Positions 48,987-59,246 of a stretch of DNA of 64,000 nt are shown here, piece after piece. The notes beneath the pieces were generated by a model. The model made no database searches and had not been told where the DNA came from. It was given only the letters and a program-made list of their open reading frames with translations. Numbering within the stretch: position 1 is the stretch's first letter; each line of letters begins with the position of its first letter. The stretch is from an uncultured Gammaproteobacteria bacterium (GTDB taxonomy: Bacteria > Patescibacteriota > Patescibacteriia > UBA1558 > 2-01-FULL-52-15): assembly GCA_964422585.1 (NCBI GenBank), contig CAYRBH010000001.1, forward strand, positions 11,728 through 75,727. The letters are read 5' to 3'. Made by a program: the position numbers and the translations under genes.

Positions 48987-49073
48987 CTGCTCCGCTTTCT
49001 CTAGCTCGCATGATTGACAGCGCAATCTTAGGTTGCTACTCTTCCCTGCTCTCTCAAGGGCATAGTAACTCAT

Positions 49074-50057
49074 ATGAAAAATAATTTTTGGAATACCCTA
49101 CCCACTCCTGCATTGGCGCTTGCTCCTATGGTGGGCGTGAGTGATACTGCCTTTCGCCAGCTCTGCAAAGCGTGGGGCGCTGATGTGGTGTATTCGGAAA
49201 TGATATCCGCTGATGCTCTGCTACGCGATGCCCGCAAAGCGAAGGCTATGTTGAAGCACGATAGTTCTGAATATCCATTCGTCGTTCAGATCATGGGTAA
49301 TAAGCCTGAGGTACTAGCAGCCGCCGCTCGTATCGGGGAACAAGCCGGAGCATCGGGTATCGATATCAATTTTGGTTGTCCAGCGCATAAGATAGCCCGC
49401 AATGCGTGCGGGGTGATGCTCATGCGTGATCTGGATAAATGCCGAGAGCTTATTGCTGCAGTCATTGACGCGGTAGATATCCCGGTCTCTATCAAAGTCC
49501 GCGTATCAATCAAGCCAAGTCATACACATGGTCCGCAGCATGGCGCTCCGCCTATCACAATCCTGGATATGCTGCGTAAGGTGTCAGCTCTTCCCATCGC
49601 AGCGCTTATGATCCATGGTCGCACCTTCGAAGATCCCTTCGATGGAGGTATTCATATCGATATGATTGCCGAAGCCAAGAAGATCTTTCAGTCCGGGCCG
49701 GTATTCGCCAATGGCGGCGTGACGAGTGTCGAAAGTTCCCGCGAGATTCTACAGGCTACTGGCGCGGATGGGCTGGGACTTGCCCGCAGCGTTATTGGTA
49801 AGCCGTGGCTCTTTAAGCAGATACGAGACTATTTACGCTCAGGGGCTTATACGGATATGGAGTGGCCCGCTATTAAGAAGATCATTTTAGATCACGCTCG
49901 ATTATTTGAGAGCACGCGAGGCACAACGCCATTCAAAGAGATACGCCGTCATCTGACGCATTATGTCAAAGGCCATGCACAGGCTTCAGAGATACGACAG
50001 AGATTAGCGCAAGCGAACTCCGTAGAAGATGTCGAACATATACTAAAGGAATATTGA
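49074..50057 (+). CDS. dus: tRNA-dihydrouridine synthase
   Basis: ..LAPMVGVSDTAFRQLC.. and FMN-binding TIM-barrel motifs. Confidence 0.85.
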   Translation: MKNNFWNTLPTPALALAPMVGVSDTAFRQLCKAWGADVVYSEMISADALLRDARKAKAMLKHDSSEYPFVVQIMGNKPEVLAAAARIGEQAGASGIDINFGCPAHKIARNACGVMLMRDLDKCRELIAAVIDAVDIPVSIKVRVSIKPSHTHGPQHGAPPITILDMLRKVSALPIAALMIHGRTFEDPFDGGIHIDMIAEAKKIFQSGPVFANGGVTSVESSREILQATGADGLGLARSVIGKPWLFKQIRDYLRSGAYTDMEWPAIKKIILDHARLFESTRGTTPFKEIRRHLTHYVKGHAQASEIRQRLAQANSVEDVEHILKEY

Positions 50058-50069
50058 TGCAAATGAAAA

Positions 50070-50103
50070 GGGCCCCGCGCGACAGCACTGTCGCGCGGGG
50101 CCC
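50070..50103 (-). terminator. GC-rich 15-bp perfect hairpin, probable terminator at the 3' end of the minus-strand island gene (possibly also serving dus)
   Basis: GGGCCCCGCGCGACA-gcac-TGTCGCGCGGGGCCC; the minus-strand reading is followed by TTTTCATTTG. Confidence 0.55.
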
Positions 50104-50123
50104 GGGGTTCTGGTACAAGTAAA

Positions 50124-52166
50124 CTACTTCTTGGGTGAAGAGCCGTCCGTCGGAGCGCTACTGTCGGGGTTCTTTGGTTCCCCGCTCGTATCGGTCGACG
50201 GAGCCTGATCGGGTTTTGGAGAGGTTGGGTTGCTAGCCTGGAGAGCGGCAATAATCTCTTTCCTGATGTCTCCCAGGCTGTGCGTGCCTCCGCCTCCCCC
50301 AATTCCTTGGAGGGTTGGCATGACTCGCCCTTCGCCGCCGACCATGACCAGGTTGGCTGCCTTTTGGGCTGCCTCGACGAACCGGCGCATGCCTTCGTAG
50401 TCGAGGTTCTGGTCCTTGATGACCTTGTAGTCCATGTCGGTGAACCCGAGCAGCTGCCCGATTTGCACCAGCTCGATATTCAAGAGCGTGGTTTTCTGGG
50501 TGCTCTCGATGGTCTGCGTGAGGTTCATGTCACGGACTGCGACATCTGCTTTCCCTGCGTTGACGACGTCTCGCATCAGTTCGAGGTTCTTCGTTCCAAC
50601 CGAGATCAGAGTCCTGGCTCGCTTTTCCTGCTCGGCTTCGATACCGGGGGTCGAGTTAACAACACTCAGCACGACCCCTTTGATGCGATAGCCGGCGTGC
50701 AGGAATTGAGCGAGAAGTGACTGCGGCCGTAGTGTAATGACCGCATTGAACTCCTTATCGTCCCGAAGGTTCGCCTTGAAGACGTTCTTTGGCTGGCCAT
50801 CGGTGTCGAGAATGAACTCGCCGTCCGGTCCCTTGAGTGCGTAATCGCCGTTCCTCTGGTCGTAGAGCACTTTGTATCTCGCGGCGCCGACGACGGGCTT
50901 CTTGTCGGGCTCGTTGTCCACATGCAACCCGGCGGCCTCCTCGATCGTTCCGATCAGAAGGATCATCAAGTCGATGTGGTAAGCTGCCTTGAACGGCATG
51001 AGGATCACGATCTGGTAGATACGGGCTGAGATCCACTCCAGGAAGCGCTTCTTGACGGTCTTACTCATGATGTTCGCAAGCTCTGAGTCCGCTTTTGAGA
51101 GTGGAGCTGCGCCGGCATCACCTTCTGCGATGCAAGCGGTTATTCGGAGTGGGTACTTCAACCTGCCGGTGACGATGTCGGACTCGCTTTCCTCTATCTT
51201 CTTCGTGGTCCTGACATTGGCACCTGTGAACACGCCGGTGTCGGTTACTGCCGCTGACTCTGCTCCTGCAGGTAGGAATTCTGTCACAATCTCGATGTCG
51301 TGTTCCTTGTTGTTGGCGAAACGAACCCGGGTGAGGAATGGGAGTTTCCCTCCCCTCCTCTGACTCGTTCCAAACCAATGTCCAAGGCCCAGGAACCAAC
51401 TGTAGAACCAGGCGGTCTTTCCCTGCTCTACGTTGTAGTAAGGCCAGGGAATGTAACTGAAGTCAGACAGAGCAAAGTCCGCTTCAGTCGGCTTTCTGGG
51501 CTCCTGAGGGGCTATGGCCAGCTGAGCTTTCCTTGCGGCTCTCTTCTTCCAGAGTTTTGCGGCGAGGGCGATGCTACCGTAAATCGCAGCTCCGATGAGC
51601 ACGATCACGGGAACCCACTTCACCCACTGGCCAAACCCTGGCTCGAGACCAAAGAGGTCAATCGACTGCCACGTGCTCCACTCCCAGTAAGGGGTGAGGA
51701 CATAGGTGTCGAAGAGCCACCAGATGCCGTACAGGATCCCGGCTACGAGAGCTGCGGCACCGATGAAGAATGCCGTGATGCCGATCGCCTTGCCGGAGTT
51801 CGTGAAGAACTTGGCAAATGAGGCTTTCCACTTCTTCCAGTCCGTCTTCTTGTTGTCGTCCGTTGACGGAGTGGTTGCTGCGGATGCAGGCGAGGTTCCC
51901 GCGTCAGGTGAAGCCGCGGGCTCAGGAGTTGCCCCTAGTTGAGCTTGGGGCGGCGGGACAGAAGTGCCCTGGGCCGTAGGAGGCTCAGGAGGAAGTAACT
52001 CTCCCTCAAGAACCCTTACAGGCTCTTTCTCAGAGCTCGGAGGCTCAGGAAGTACATCTGCCTGAGGTTTTGGGGTGTCTTTCCCTGCTCGCTTTCGGTC
52101 AAGGAAGAGCAAGAGGAAAACGATTGCGGCAGCGAGCACGAGCCAAAGTGCGATCGTCAAGTTCAT
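50124..52166 (-). CDS. hypothetical multi-TM membrane protein encoded on a GC-rich (foreign-composition) island
   Basis: 680 aa. N-terminal TM, Pro/Ala-rich linker, 2-3 further TM helices, ~400-aa C-terminal domain, Gly-run and S/P/T/D-rich tail. Good RBS (AAGGAG). Local GC ~57-58% with G/C-ending codons versus ~46-48% around it. Confidence 0.6.
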   Translation of the reverse strand: MNLTIALWLVLAAAIVFLLLFLDRKRAGKDTPKPQADVLPEPPSSEKEPVRVLEGELLPPEPPTAQGTSVPPPQAQLGATPEPAASPDAGTSPASAATTPSTDDNKKTDWKKWKASFAKFFTNSGKAIGITAFFIGAAALVAGILYGIWWLFDTYVLTPYWEWSTWQSIDLFGLEPGFGQWVKWVPVIVLIGAAIYGSIALAAKLWKKRAARKAQLAIAPQEPRKPTEADFALSDFSYIPWPYYNVEQGKTAWFYSWFLGLGHWFGTSQRRGGKLPFLTRVRFANNKEHDIEIVTEFLPAGAESAAVTDTGVFTGANVRTTKKIEESESDIVTGRLKYPLRITACIAEGDAGAAPLSKADSELANIMSKTVKKRFLEWISARIYQIVILMPFKAAYHIDLMILLIGTIEEAAGLHVDNEPDKKPVVGAARYKVLYDQRNGDYALKGPDGEFILDTDGQPKNVFKANLRDDKEFNAVITLRPQSLLAQFLHAGYRIKGVVLSVVNSTPGIEAEQEKRARTLISVGTKNLELMRDVVNAGKADVAVRDMNLTQTIESTQKTTLLNIELVQIGQLLGFTDMDYKVIKDQNLDYEGMRRFVEAAQKAANLVMVGGEGRVMPTLQGIGGGGGTHSLGDIRKEIIAALQASNPTSPKPDQAPSTDTSGEPKNPDSSAPTDGSSPKK

Positions 52167-52567
52167 GACATCTCCTTAGGGCGGTCAGGCCCTCGTTGAA
52201 AAGGGGGCCCGAAAGCCCGAGGTATATTCGCAACTCGAATGTGTTAGTTTACTTGCACTAAGTTGACAAGGTACTGCTGTGGCTTAGGCAGTACCTTGGT
52301 TGAGAAAAAGTAGGTAGAGCCTAGTTCACGGTAACAGATAAGTATACATAAATTAGCATTTTTTGTCAATAGCTTCTATGACTAATAAAAACAGCTAACA
52401 TTAGCTATTTATCTTTAAAACATTAGGTCGCAGTCGGAAAATTCTGCCTGTAGCAGCACATGCCTCACATCCCCATGCTGGAGCTATCCCGCAAAAAACT
52501 AATAGATTGATACTCGCAAGGGACGTTCAGCATGTACTGCTGCAAGCATTCGAGGGTGTACTTACAC

Positions 52568-53704
52568 TTACCAAAACGTTTTCTTGGAAGATTTTTTCTC
52601 AAGCGATTGTTCGAATTGCTCAAGAATTTTTTTCTGTTCGGAACTGACTTGCTTTGGTACAAATGCCTGAACCGTAACCAGCTGATTGCCTTTGCCGCGA
52701 CCTGAAAGGCGCTCGAATCCTTTATCTTTCAGCATAAAGATTTTACCGCTCTCGGTGCCTTGCGGAATTTTTAGTTTTACCTCACCTGCAGGGGTTGCTA
52801 CCGTTACAGTTCCGCCAGTGACCAGAATACTGAATGGTATACGTTCAGTACTATGCACGTCATAGCCTTCGCGTTTGAAATGCGGATGCTCTGCGATATG
52901 CAGCTTGATGTAGAGATCGCCACGAGGACCATTGTGGGGACCCGCTTCTCCTTTGCCGGTCAGTCGTATCGCTCGGTTATCGTCGATACCAGCTGGGATC
53001 TTGAAGGTGATCTGCTGATTCTTGCGTATGATGGTCGAACCTTTGCAGATAGTGCATTTTTTATCAGCTTTACTGCCAGTTCCTTCGCAGGCGGCACAGA
53101 TGGTTTCAGTACGCATAGCTCCGAGCATGGTAGTGCGTACTGCTGTGATACGGCCGGTGCCTTTGCAGGTTGGGCAAGTTGTTACCTGAGCGCCTGGTTC
53201 ATTGCCTGAGCCTGAACAGTGCTCACAGGTAAGATGCGTGGGAATATGAATTTCTTTCTCAGCGCCAAAATAAGAATCTTCGAATGATATGTTCACGGTG
53301 GTCTCGATATCGGACCCTTTGCGTACTCGTGAACCGCGTTGGTTTGCCTGTTCGAAACCGAACATGCCGCCGAGTATATCTCCGAGATCGCCGAAATCGA
53401 ATGAGGCTCCTTGCTGGCTGAAGCCCTCGAAGCCAGCGAATGGATTGCTTTGAGTACCCTGACCTTGCCAATTGAAACCTCCTGCGCCTGGCTGGTCATA
53501 GCCTGCGCCGAATTGGTCATAGCGCTTCCGCTTCTCCGGATTGCTCAGGGTCTGATAGGCTTCATTTACATCCTTGAACTTCTGCTCATTGCCACTTTGC
53601 TTATCAGGGTGATGCTCATGAGCCAATTTCCTGAACGCTTTCTTGATATCGGCTTCAGTAGCGTTTTTTGATACGCCTAGTGTTTGGTAATAATCTTTTG
53701 CCAT
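52568..53704 (-). CDS. dnaJ: molecular chaperone DnaJ
   Basis: J-domain (..YYQTLGV...HPDK..), G/F-rich region, 4x CxxCxGxG zinc-finger repeats, C-terminal domains. Confidence 0.9.
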   Translation of the reverse strand: MAKDYYQTLGVSKNATEADIKKAFRKLAHEHHPDKQSGNEQKFKDVNEAYQTLSNPEKRKRYDQFGAGYDQPGAGGFNWQGQGTQSNPFAGFEGFSQQGASFDFGDLGDILGGMFGFEQANQRGSRVRKGSDIETTVNISFEDSYFGAEKEIHIPTHLTCEHCSGSGNEPGAQVTTCPTCKGTGRITAVRTTMLGAMRTETICAACEGTGSKADKKCTICKGSTIIRKNQQITFKIPAGIDDNRAIRLTGKGEAGPHNGPRGDLYIKLHIAEHPHFKREGYDVHSTERIPFSILVTGGTVTVATPAGEVKLKIPQGTESGKIFMLKDKGFERLSGRGKGNQLVTVQAFVPKQVSSEQKKILEQFEQSLEKKSSKKTFW

Positions 53705-53712
53705 GCAACGTA

Positions 53713-54018
53713 TTAGGAAGTTTGAAACCCAATTTCTTTGTTCTGTTCAGCAGCAATGACCTGGCCATGCTGCGACTCATAGGCTGCCATGACCCGATGT
53801 AACACTTCGATCATCCGCTTAACATGACCTGGGTTCATGAAGATACGATTCGTTATGATGCCGGCTCCTTGCTGCGGATTTAAGGCTCCGAAATCCAATA
53901 TGAATTCCTCTCGAGTAGTGTCGACCCGCATGATATTCGCATAGGTGCCGCGCAGCACCTCATCAGGGATGCGTATCTGGATCTGCTGAGGCGCTGATTT
54001 AGCTTGTTCTTCGGCCAT
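53713..54018 (-). CDS. small conserved hypothetical protein (DUF3467-like, tentative) between dnaK and dnaJ
   Basis: 101 aa, tightly packed within the operon; family assignment is from memory of DUF3467-like sequences and is uncertain. Confidence 0.4.
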   Translation of the reverse strand: MAEEQAKSAPQQIQIRIPDEVLRGTYANIMRVDTTREEFILDFGALNPQQGAGIITNRIFMNPGHVKRMIEVLHRVMAAYESQHGQVIAAEQNKEIGFQTS

Positions 54019-54027
54019 AGGTATAGG

Positions 54028-55929
54028 TTAGTTTTTTACATCCTCATACTGTCCTTCGACAACGTTATCTTTCGTGTCGGAGGCTGGCTGATCTGCTGAT
54101 GGCTGACTTGCCTGACCTTGAGCGGCCTGTTGCTGCTGATAGAGAGCTGCTCCTATTTTCTGGGCTGATTGCGACAGGTCTTCTATTGCTTTCTTAATTG
54201 CCTCAGGGTCGGCGCTGTCTGTAAGCTTTTTGAGAGCCTCGACTTTGCCTTCAAGTTCAGTTACTTCTTCCGGTTTGATCTTATCTTTCGACTCTTTGAT
54301 GAAACGTTCAGTGCTGAAGACGAGCGCATCGGCCTGATTCTTCATATCTACTGATTCACGCTTCTTCTTGTCTTCATCAGCGTGCATCTCAGCGTCCTTT
54401 TTCATCTTTTCTACTTCTTCTTTTGACAAGCCGGATGAAGCAGTAATAGTAATTGATTGTTCCTTACCCGTGCCTTTATCCTTAGCTTTCACATTGAGAA
54501 TGCCATTCGCGTCAATATCGAAACTGACCTCTACCTGCGGTATCCCGCGCGGAGCTGGCGGGATACCTCCCAGGATGAATCGGCCAAGTGTTTTATTGTC
54601 AGCGGCCATTTCGCGTTCTCCTTGCAATACGTGAATCTCGACGGAGTCTTGATTGTCTGCAGCGGTCGAGAATACTTGGCTCTTGGAGGTCGGAATGGTC
54701 ATATTACGCTCAATGAGCGGCGTCCTCACTCCCCCGAGTGTTTCGATACCAAGCGTTAATGGAGTTACATCGAGCAGCAAGACATCTTTCACATCGCCTT
54801 GTAGCACGCCTGCTTGTACCGCAGCACCAAGAGCAACTACCTCATCAGGGTTAATACTAATATTCGGTTTCTTGCCGAAGAACTTCTCGACAGTTTGCAT
54901 TACCAGAGGCATACGGGTCATACCGCCGACCATCAGCACTTCATCGATATTCGCATTGCTGATGCCCGCATCAGACATAGCTTTCTTGCAAGGTTCGAGG
55001 GTTTTCTCAACCAAGTCATGTACTAACTCCTCCAGCTTAGCTCGCGTAATTTTTTGCACGAGGTGTTGAGGACCATCGGCATTCGTCGTTATGAACGGCT
55101 GATTAATCTCGGTTTCAATTGAGGATGAAAGTTCGATCTTCGCTTTTTCAGCTGATTCTTTGATGCGTTGAAGTGCCAAGGTGTCCTTTGAAAGGTCAAT
55201 GCCTTTTTCTTTCTTGAATTCATCGATGATGTAGTGGATGATGCGCTGATCGAAATCATCACCCCCAAGATGAGTGTCGCCATTGGTAGCTTTGACCTCA
55301 ACAGTGTCCTGGGCTACTTCAAGGACTGATACATCGAAAGTGCCGCCCCCCAGGTCATAGACGACGATCTTTTGATCTTTCTTTTTATCAAAGCCATAAG
55401 CCAAGGCTGCAGCTGTTGGTTCATTGATGATACGTTTCACGTCAAGGCCGGCTATCTTACCAGCGTCTTTTGTTGCCTGACGCTGTGAGTCGTCGAAGTA
55501 GGCAGGAACCGTGATAACCGCCTCAGTAATGGTTTCACCTAAACGAGCCTCTGCGTCCGCCTTGAGTTTTTGCAGGATCATGGCTGAAACCTCCTGCGGA
55601 GTATACTGTTGGCCGCTGATCGAAACCTTCATGCCCTCCCCTGCCTGCACGACTTTATAGGGCAATGTTTTCATGTCCTGCTGTGTTTCTGCGTCAGAGA
55701 AGCGTCGTCCGATAAGACGCTTGATCGAGAAGATCGTGTTTTCGGGATTTGTCACTGACTGACGCTTTGCTGTAATACCGACCAGACGCTCGCCTGATTT
55801 TGAAATAGCGACCACTGAAGGAGTGGTGCGAGCGCCCTCTTTATTCTCCAAGATCTTTGGCTTACCACCCTCGATGATCGCCATCGCGGAATTGGTAGTG
55901 CCAAGATCGATGCCTAGTATTTTACCCAT
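54028..55929 (-). CDS. dnaK: molecular chaperone DnaK (Hsp70)
   Basis: [17 protein letters not shown].., ..DLGGGTFD.., full-length Hsp70. Confidence 0.95.
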   Translation of the reverse strand: MGKILGIDLGTTNSAMAIIEGGKPKILENKEGARTTPSVVAISKSGERLVGITAKRQSVTNPENTIFSIKRLIGRRFSDAETQQDMKTLPYKVVQAGEGMKVSISGQQYTPQEVSAMILQKLKADAEARLGETITEAVITVPAYFDDSQRQATKDAGKIAGLDVKRIINEPTAAALAYGFDKKKDQKIVVYDLGGGTFDVSVLEVAQDTVEVKATNGDTHLGGDDFDQRIIHYIIDEFKKEKGIDLSKDTLALQRIKESAEKAKIELSSSIETEINQPFITTNADGPQHLVQKITRAKLEELVHDLVEKTLEPCKKAMSDAGISNANIDEVLMVGGMTRMPLVMQTVEKFFGKKPNISINPDEVVALGAAVQAGVLQGDVKDVLLLDVTPLTLGIETLGGVRTPLIERNMTIPTSKSQVFSTAADNQDSVEIHVLQGEREMAADNKTLGRFILGGIPPAPRGIPQVEVSFDIDANGILNVKAKDKGTGKEQSITITASSGLSKEEVEKMKKDAEMHADEDKKKRESVDMKNQADALVFSTERFIKESKDKIKPEEVTELEGKVEALKKLTDSADPEAIKKAIEDLSQSAQKIGAALYQQQQAAQGQASQPSADQPASDTKDNVVEGQYEDVKN

Positions 55930-55952
55930 AGATTGATTTCCTTTCCGCTCAA

Positions 55953-56285
55953 TTATTGATTTAATTGAATATCGCTTATAAATCCTGCTGCATGTATCTT
56001 GCCGTAGAGTGCGAGGACCTGATCATCGGTAATAGGCTCATACTCGAGATACATCAGTGTTTCCGTATAGCTCAGATCTGTTGGTATGGCATTGCCGATG
56101 ATGCCGTTAGACTGCTGTATGATGGAGGCGAGATGCTTTACCCCGCATTTTGGACAGAGCACATGGGCTATGACCTGCGTGTCGGTCTCATCGATGATAT
56201 GTATATTTGTTTGCGGCACGCCGCTTCGGCAGGACGGGCATCGCTCCAGCAGCTTGAGGCTTAATTGATGTGATTGAGGTATCAT
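55953..56285 (-). CDS. hypothetical zinc-ribbon protein (CxxC...CxxC)
   Basis: 110 aa with CPSC...CPKC pairs; sits between hsp20 and dnaK. Confidence 0.4.
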   Translation of the reverse strand: MIPQSHQLSLKLLERCPSCRSGVPQTNIHIIDETDTQVIAHVLCPKCGVKHLASIIQQSNGIIGNAIPTDLSYTETLMYLEYEPITDDQVLALYGKIHAAGFISDIQLNQ

Positions 56286-56689
56286 TATTTTTTGATATGT
56301 ATGGTTATTGGCGTCGCCTTTGCTTCTTCTTTCTTAGGCATGGTGATCCTCAGAATGCCCTTTTCATATTCTGCTTTCGCTAATGCGCCATTGACGCTCG
56401 TTGGTAGACTGACTACCCGATGAAAAGCACCAGAACGGACCTCTTTACGATAGTAGTTGGCCTCATCGACCTCAGTCTTTTTCTCCATTGAACCTTCGAT
56501 ATTCAGCACGGTATCTTCGATATGTAACCTTACCTGTTCAGGATTGATACCAGCTAATGCGACTTCTGCGATCAGGTCATCACCTTTCTCATAGAGATCA
56601 ATAGCTGGGCTGTAGGCCCGCATATCATCGAACGCTTGCTCGATATTAAGGAAGGGTTCGTAGAGAGGGCTCCATTTAATAAGTGCCAT
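56285..56689 (-). CDS. Hsp20/alpha-crystallin family small heat-shock protein
   Basis: Alpha-crystallin domain ..AFHRVVSLP...AEYEKGILRITMPK. Confidence 0.85.
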   Translation of the reverse strand: MALIKWSPLYEPFLNIEQAFDDMRAYSPAIDLYEKGDDLIAEVALAGINPEQVRLHIEDTVLNIEGSMEKKTEVDEANYYRKEVRSGAFHRVVSLPTSVNGALAKAEYEKGILRITMPKKEEAKATPITIHIKK

Positions 56690-56693
56690 AGTG

Positions 56694-57215
56694 TTATAAT
56701 TGGTTAACTATTACTTTTGCTGGTCGTAAGACCAGGTGATTATTGAGAATATAGCCTTCCGAAGCCACTGAGAGTACTGTATTATCTTTTACCGATGCAT
56801 CACTTTCGGTCCCGATCGCCTCATGGAACTCAGGATCGAACGCTGTGCCTTTACTCTCCATACTAGTTATACCATTCGTTGCTAGGAATTGTTTCCATTG
56901 TGCATAGATAGCTTGCAGACCTTGATACCACGGTTGTTCCTTTTGTTCAGCTGGTATATGCTGCAAGGCTAAGGTCAATGTATCAATAAGCGGTAGCAAT
57001 TCTCGAATTAAGCTTGCCAGCTGGTAGATCTGCATATCACTGCTGCGCTTTGCTTGCTCTTTTTTGTAATTCTCTAAATCTGCAAGCGCCCTTTTCCAGC
57101 CATTGAGATACTCATCTCGCTCAAGGGTCAGCTGACCTACGGTATCAGTCGGAGAGGGGGCCTGTGCTGTAACAATCTCCGTTGCATCCGTCTGTTGTTG
57201 TGTATCATCATTCAT
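56694..57215 (-). CDS. grpE: nucleotide exchange factor GrpE
   Basis: ..LERDEYLNGWKRALADLENYKKEQAKR.. GrpE coiled-coil signature + C-terminal beta domain. Confidence 0.8.
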   Translation of the reverse strand: MNDDTQQQTDATEIVTAQAPSPTDTVGQLTLERDEYLNGWKRALADLENYKKEQAKRSSDMQIYQLASLIRELLPLIDTLTLALQHIPAEQKEQPWYQGLQAIYAQWKQFLATNGITSMESKGTAFDPEFHEAIGTESDASVKDNTVLSVASEGYILNNHLVLRPAKVIVNQL

Positions 57216-57877
57216 AGGTATGAAGCTATTGTTTGCAATAAGGATAAGTTTTTCGCATAGTTGGTGCGTACTGGACTTAAAAAGCCAAAAAGGATCTCTT
57301 TATTATTCCCCACGAACATTGCGACGCAGGATTCGCCCAAAGGATTGCGTGAGCCGATATAGACTTTCGGGTCGGTGCCGGGCTTATCGGCGATGAATTG
57401 TGGCAATACTGAATCCAATTGATCGACCGCAAGGCTAATTGCGTGTACTAGATGATGGTTAGTGAATTCTGGACGAGAAAAAAGGTATGAGAAGCCTGTA
57501 TAGTAGTAGTTGTTCATCCCGGTGGCAATGATAGCGGCAACCTGTGACTGCTCTGCAGCAGCTTTAGCCAGAGCCCGCACGCCTCCATGTGCATAAATAC
57601 TCTGTAGTCGTTGGCGTTCTCTATCAGCTAGGGGTGTCAGTTCTAGCAGGTGTTGTAGATAATGCTCGATCCCTTGTATGGTTGGTATGCGGCCCGCAGA
57701 TGTATGCGGCTGCGTAATATAACCTTCTTCCTCAAGCTGAGCCATTTCATTACGTATGGTCGCTGAGCTTAATTGAAGGTCTGACTCCTTTGCTATGAAC
57801 TTTGAGCCAATAGGCTGAGCTGTCTCTGTATAGCCCTCAACAATATATTTTAACAGTTGTGACTGACGATCGTTCAT
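57212..57877 (-). CDS. hrcA: heat-inducible transcription repressor HrcA (short form)
   Basis: N-terminal winged-HTH (..RQSQLLKYIVEGYTETAQPIGSKFIA...LQLSSATIRNEMAQLEEEGYI..); CIRCE operator immediately upstream; 221 aa, shorter than the canonical ~340 aa. Confidence 0.75.
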   Translation of the reverse strand: MNDRQSQLLKYIVEGYTETAQPIGSKFIAKESDLQLSSATIRNEMAQLEEEGYITQPHTSAGRIPTIQGIEHYLQHLLELTPLADRERQRLQSIYAHGGVRALAKAAAEQSQVAAIIATGMNNYYYTGFSYLFSRPEFTNHHLVHAISLAVDQLDSVLPQFIADKPGTDPKVYIGSRNPLGESCVAMFVGNNKEILFGFLSPVRTNYAKNLSLLQTIASYL

Positions 57878-57896
57878 GGATGCAGTATATACTATT

Positions 57897-57923
57897 TTAG
57901 CACTCGTTGCAATAGAGTGCTAA
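57897..57923. promoter_or_regulatory. CIRCE operator (HrcA binding site), perfect 9-9-9 inverted repeat
   Basis: TTAGCACTC-GTTGCAATA-GAGTGCTAA, 20 nt upstream of the hrcA start codon. Confidence 0.9.
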
Positions 57924-57927
57924 TTCA

Positions 57928-57956
57928 ATATATCTAATATCTGCCGAGGCTGTCAA
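57928..57956 (-). promoter_or_regulatory. sigma70-like promoter of the heat-shock operon (TTGACA -35 with AT-rich -10 just upstream of CIRCE)
   Basis: Minus-strand TTGACA (plus-strand 57951-57956) followed ~17 nt later by TAGATA/ATATAT-like -10 overlapping CIRCE. Confidence 0.4.
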
Positions 57957-57986
57957 GCTCTGTATAGAACGCTAAGACTAGCTGAT

Positions 57987-59246
57987 TTATGAAATGGTCT
58001 TATTCAGGGCTTCGATAGGATTGAGTTGTGAAGCTTTCTTTGCTGGGAAATAGCCAAAGCTAATACCGACAACCGATGAGAAAACCAAGGAGAGGACGAG
58101 GGCTTGATACGAGAAGGCGAATGGCCATGAAAAGCCCGCATAGCCGGCTCCAATATAGATAAAATATATCATGATGACTGCCAGAATAATACCGAATAAA
58201 CCCCCGAGGCAGGTGACGATGATAGATTCTATGAGAAATTGTGAGCGTATGGTTTTCGGTTGTGCGCCAAATGATTTGCGCAAGCCTATCTCAAAAACAC
58301 GCTCATTCACGGCAACATACATGATATTCATAATGCCTACTCCTCCGACAACTAAGGCTACAGCAGCTATGATGGTGAGGACCAGGGTTAGTCCACTGAG
58401 AATAGTACCAATTGTATTTTTCGCCTCTTCTTGCGTGGTCACCGAAAAGTCATCCTTACTCGGATCCGTGATAGCATGATTGTCTCGCAGCAGAGCTTTG
58501 ATATCATCAGCAATAGCAACGCTACGCTCAGGCTGGTTCATTTGAGCTAGAATGAACGAAAGATGATCAAAACCAAGCAAAAAGGCTTGAGCGGTCTTCA
58601 GGGGTACAAAGATCATCTGGTCCATATCGAGAAAACCCGTCGAGCCTCTTTTATCGAAGACTCCAATCACCAGTAAGTTCGTTTTCTCGAGCTTGATCTG
58701 CTGTCCGATAGGATCTTGGTTCGGGAATAGTTTATCGGCGACCGCTGAGCCGAGCACTGCGTATTTGCCCAAACCTAATTCATCCTCGGCTGTATAGAAG
58801 CGACCTTTCGCTACTGTACCAGTATCGATATCTTTGAATTCTGAAGAGACCGCAAAGTAATTAATTCGCTTCTCATCATACGGAGATGAGGCTACTGCCT
58901 GACCAAGCACTGCTCCATAGCTCGTTCCTATCCCTGGTATCTTGTCGATACCGATCATATCTTTTTCTTTGAGCGTAGTAATACTGATACCCTGTGCTAT
59001 CCCACCGGCATTTGCGCTTGAGTTGGGAGAAGCATTCGGAATTTTCACCTCTATGGTTATCGTGTTGGTGCCGAACGCATCTAACTGAGACAGAAGAACT
59101 AAGCGGAGTGACTTCCCCGCAGACATTATTATAACGATCGACATAATCCCTATCGCCATACCCAGTAATGATAAAGCGGTTCGCAGGCGATTCCTGCTGA
59201 GGGCCATGAAGGCAGTACGGATATTTTCTTTGAAAAGACTATTCAT
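57987..59246 (-). CDS. ABC transporter permease, FtsX/MacB-type
   Basis: N-terminal TM, large extracytoplasmic domain, three C-terminal TM helices (FtsX fold). Confidence 0.8.
   Translation of the reverse strand: MNSLFKENIRTAFMALSRNRLRTALSLLGMAIGIMSIVIIMSAGKSLRLVLLSQLDAFGTNTITIEVKIPNASPNSSANAGGIAQGISITTLKEKDMIGIDKIPGIGTSYGAVLGQAVASSPYDEKRINYFAVSSEFKDIDTGTVAKGRFYTAEDELGLGKYAVLGSAVADKLFPNQDPIGQQIKLEKTNLLVIGVFDKRGSTGFLDMDQMIFVPLKTAQAFLLGFDHLSFILAQMNQPERSVAIADDIKALLRDNHAITDPSKDDFSVTTQEEAKNTIGTILSGLTLVLTIIAAVALVVGGVGIMNIMYVAVNERVFEIGLRKSFGAQPKTIRSQFLIESIIVTCLGGLFGIILAVIMIYFIYIGAGYAGFSWPFAFSYQALVLSLVFSSVVGISFGYFPAKKASQLNPIEALNKTIS

Noticed and set aside
50280-51940. Many overlapping ORFs on both strands inside the 680-aa gene (e.g. 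50280..50720+, 50755..51036-, 51300..51821+)
   Set aside because: High GC content of the island removes stop codons in off-frames. The single long minus-strand frame with a good RBS is the coherent gene.
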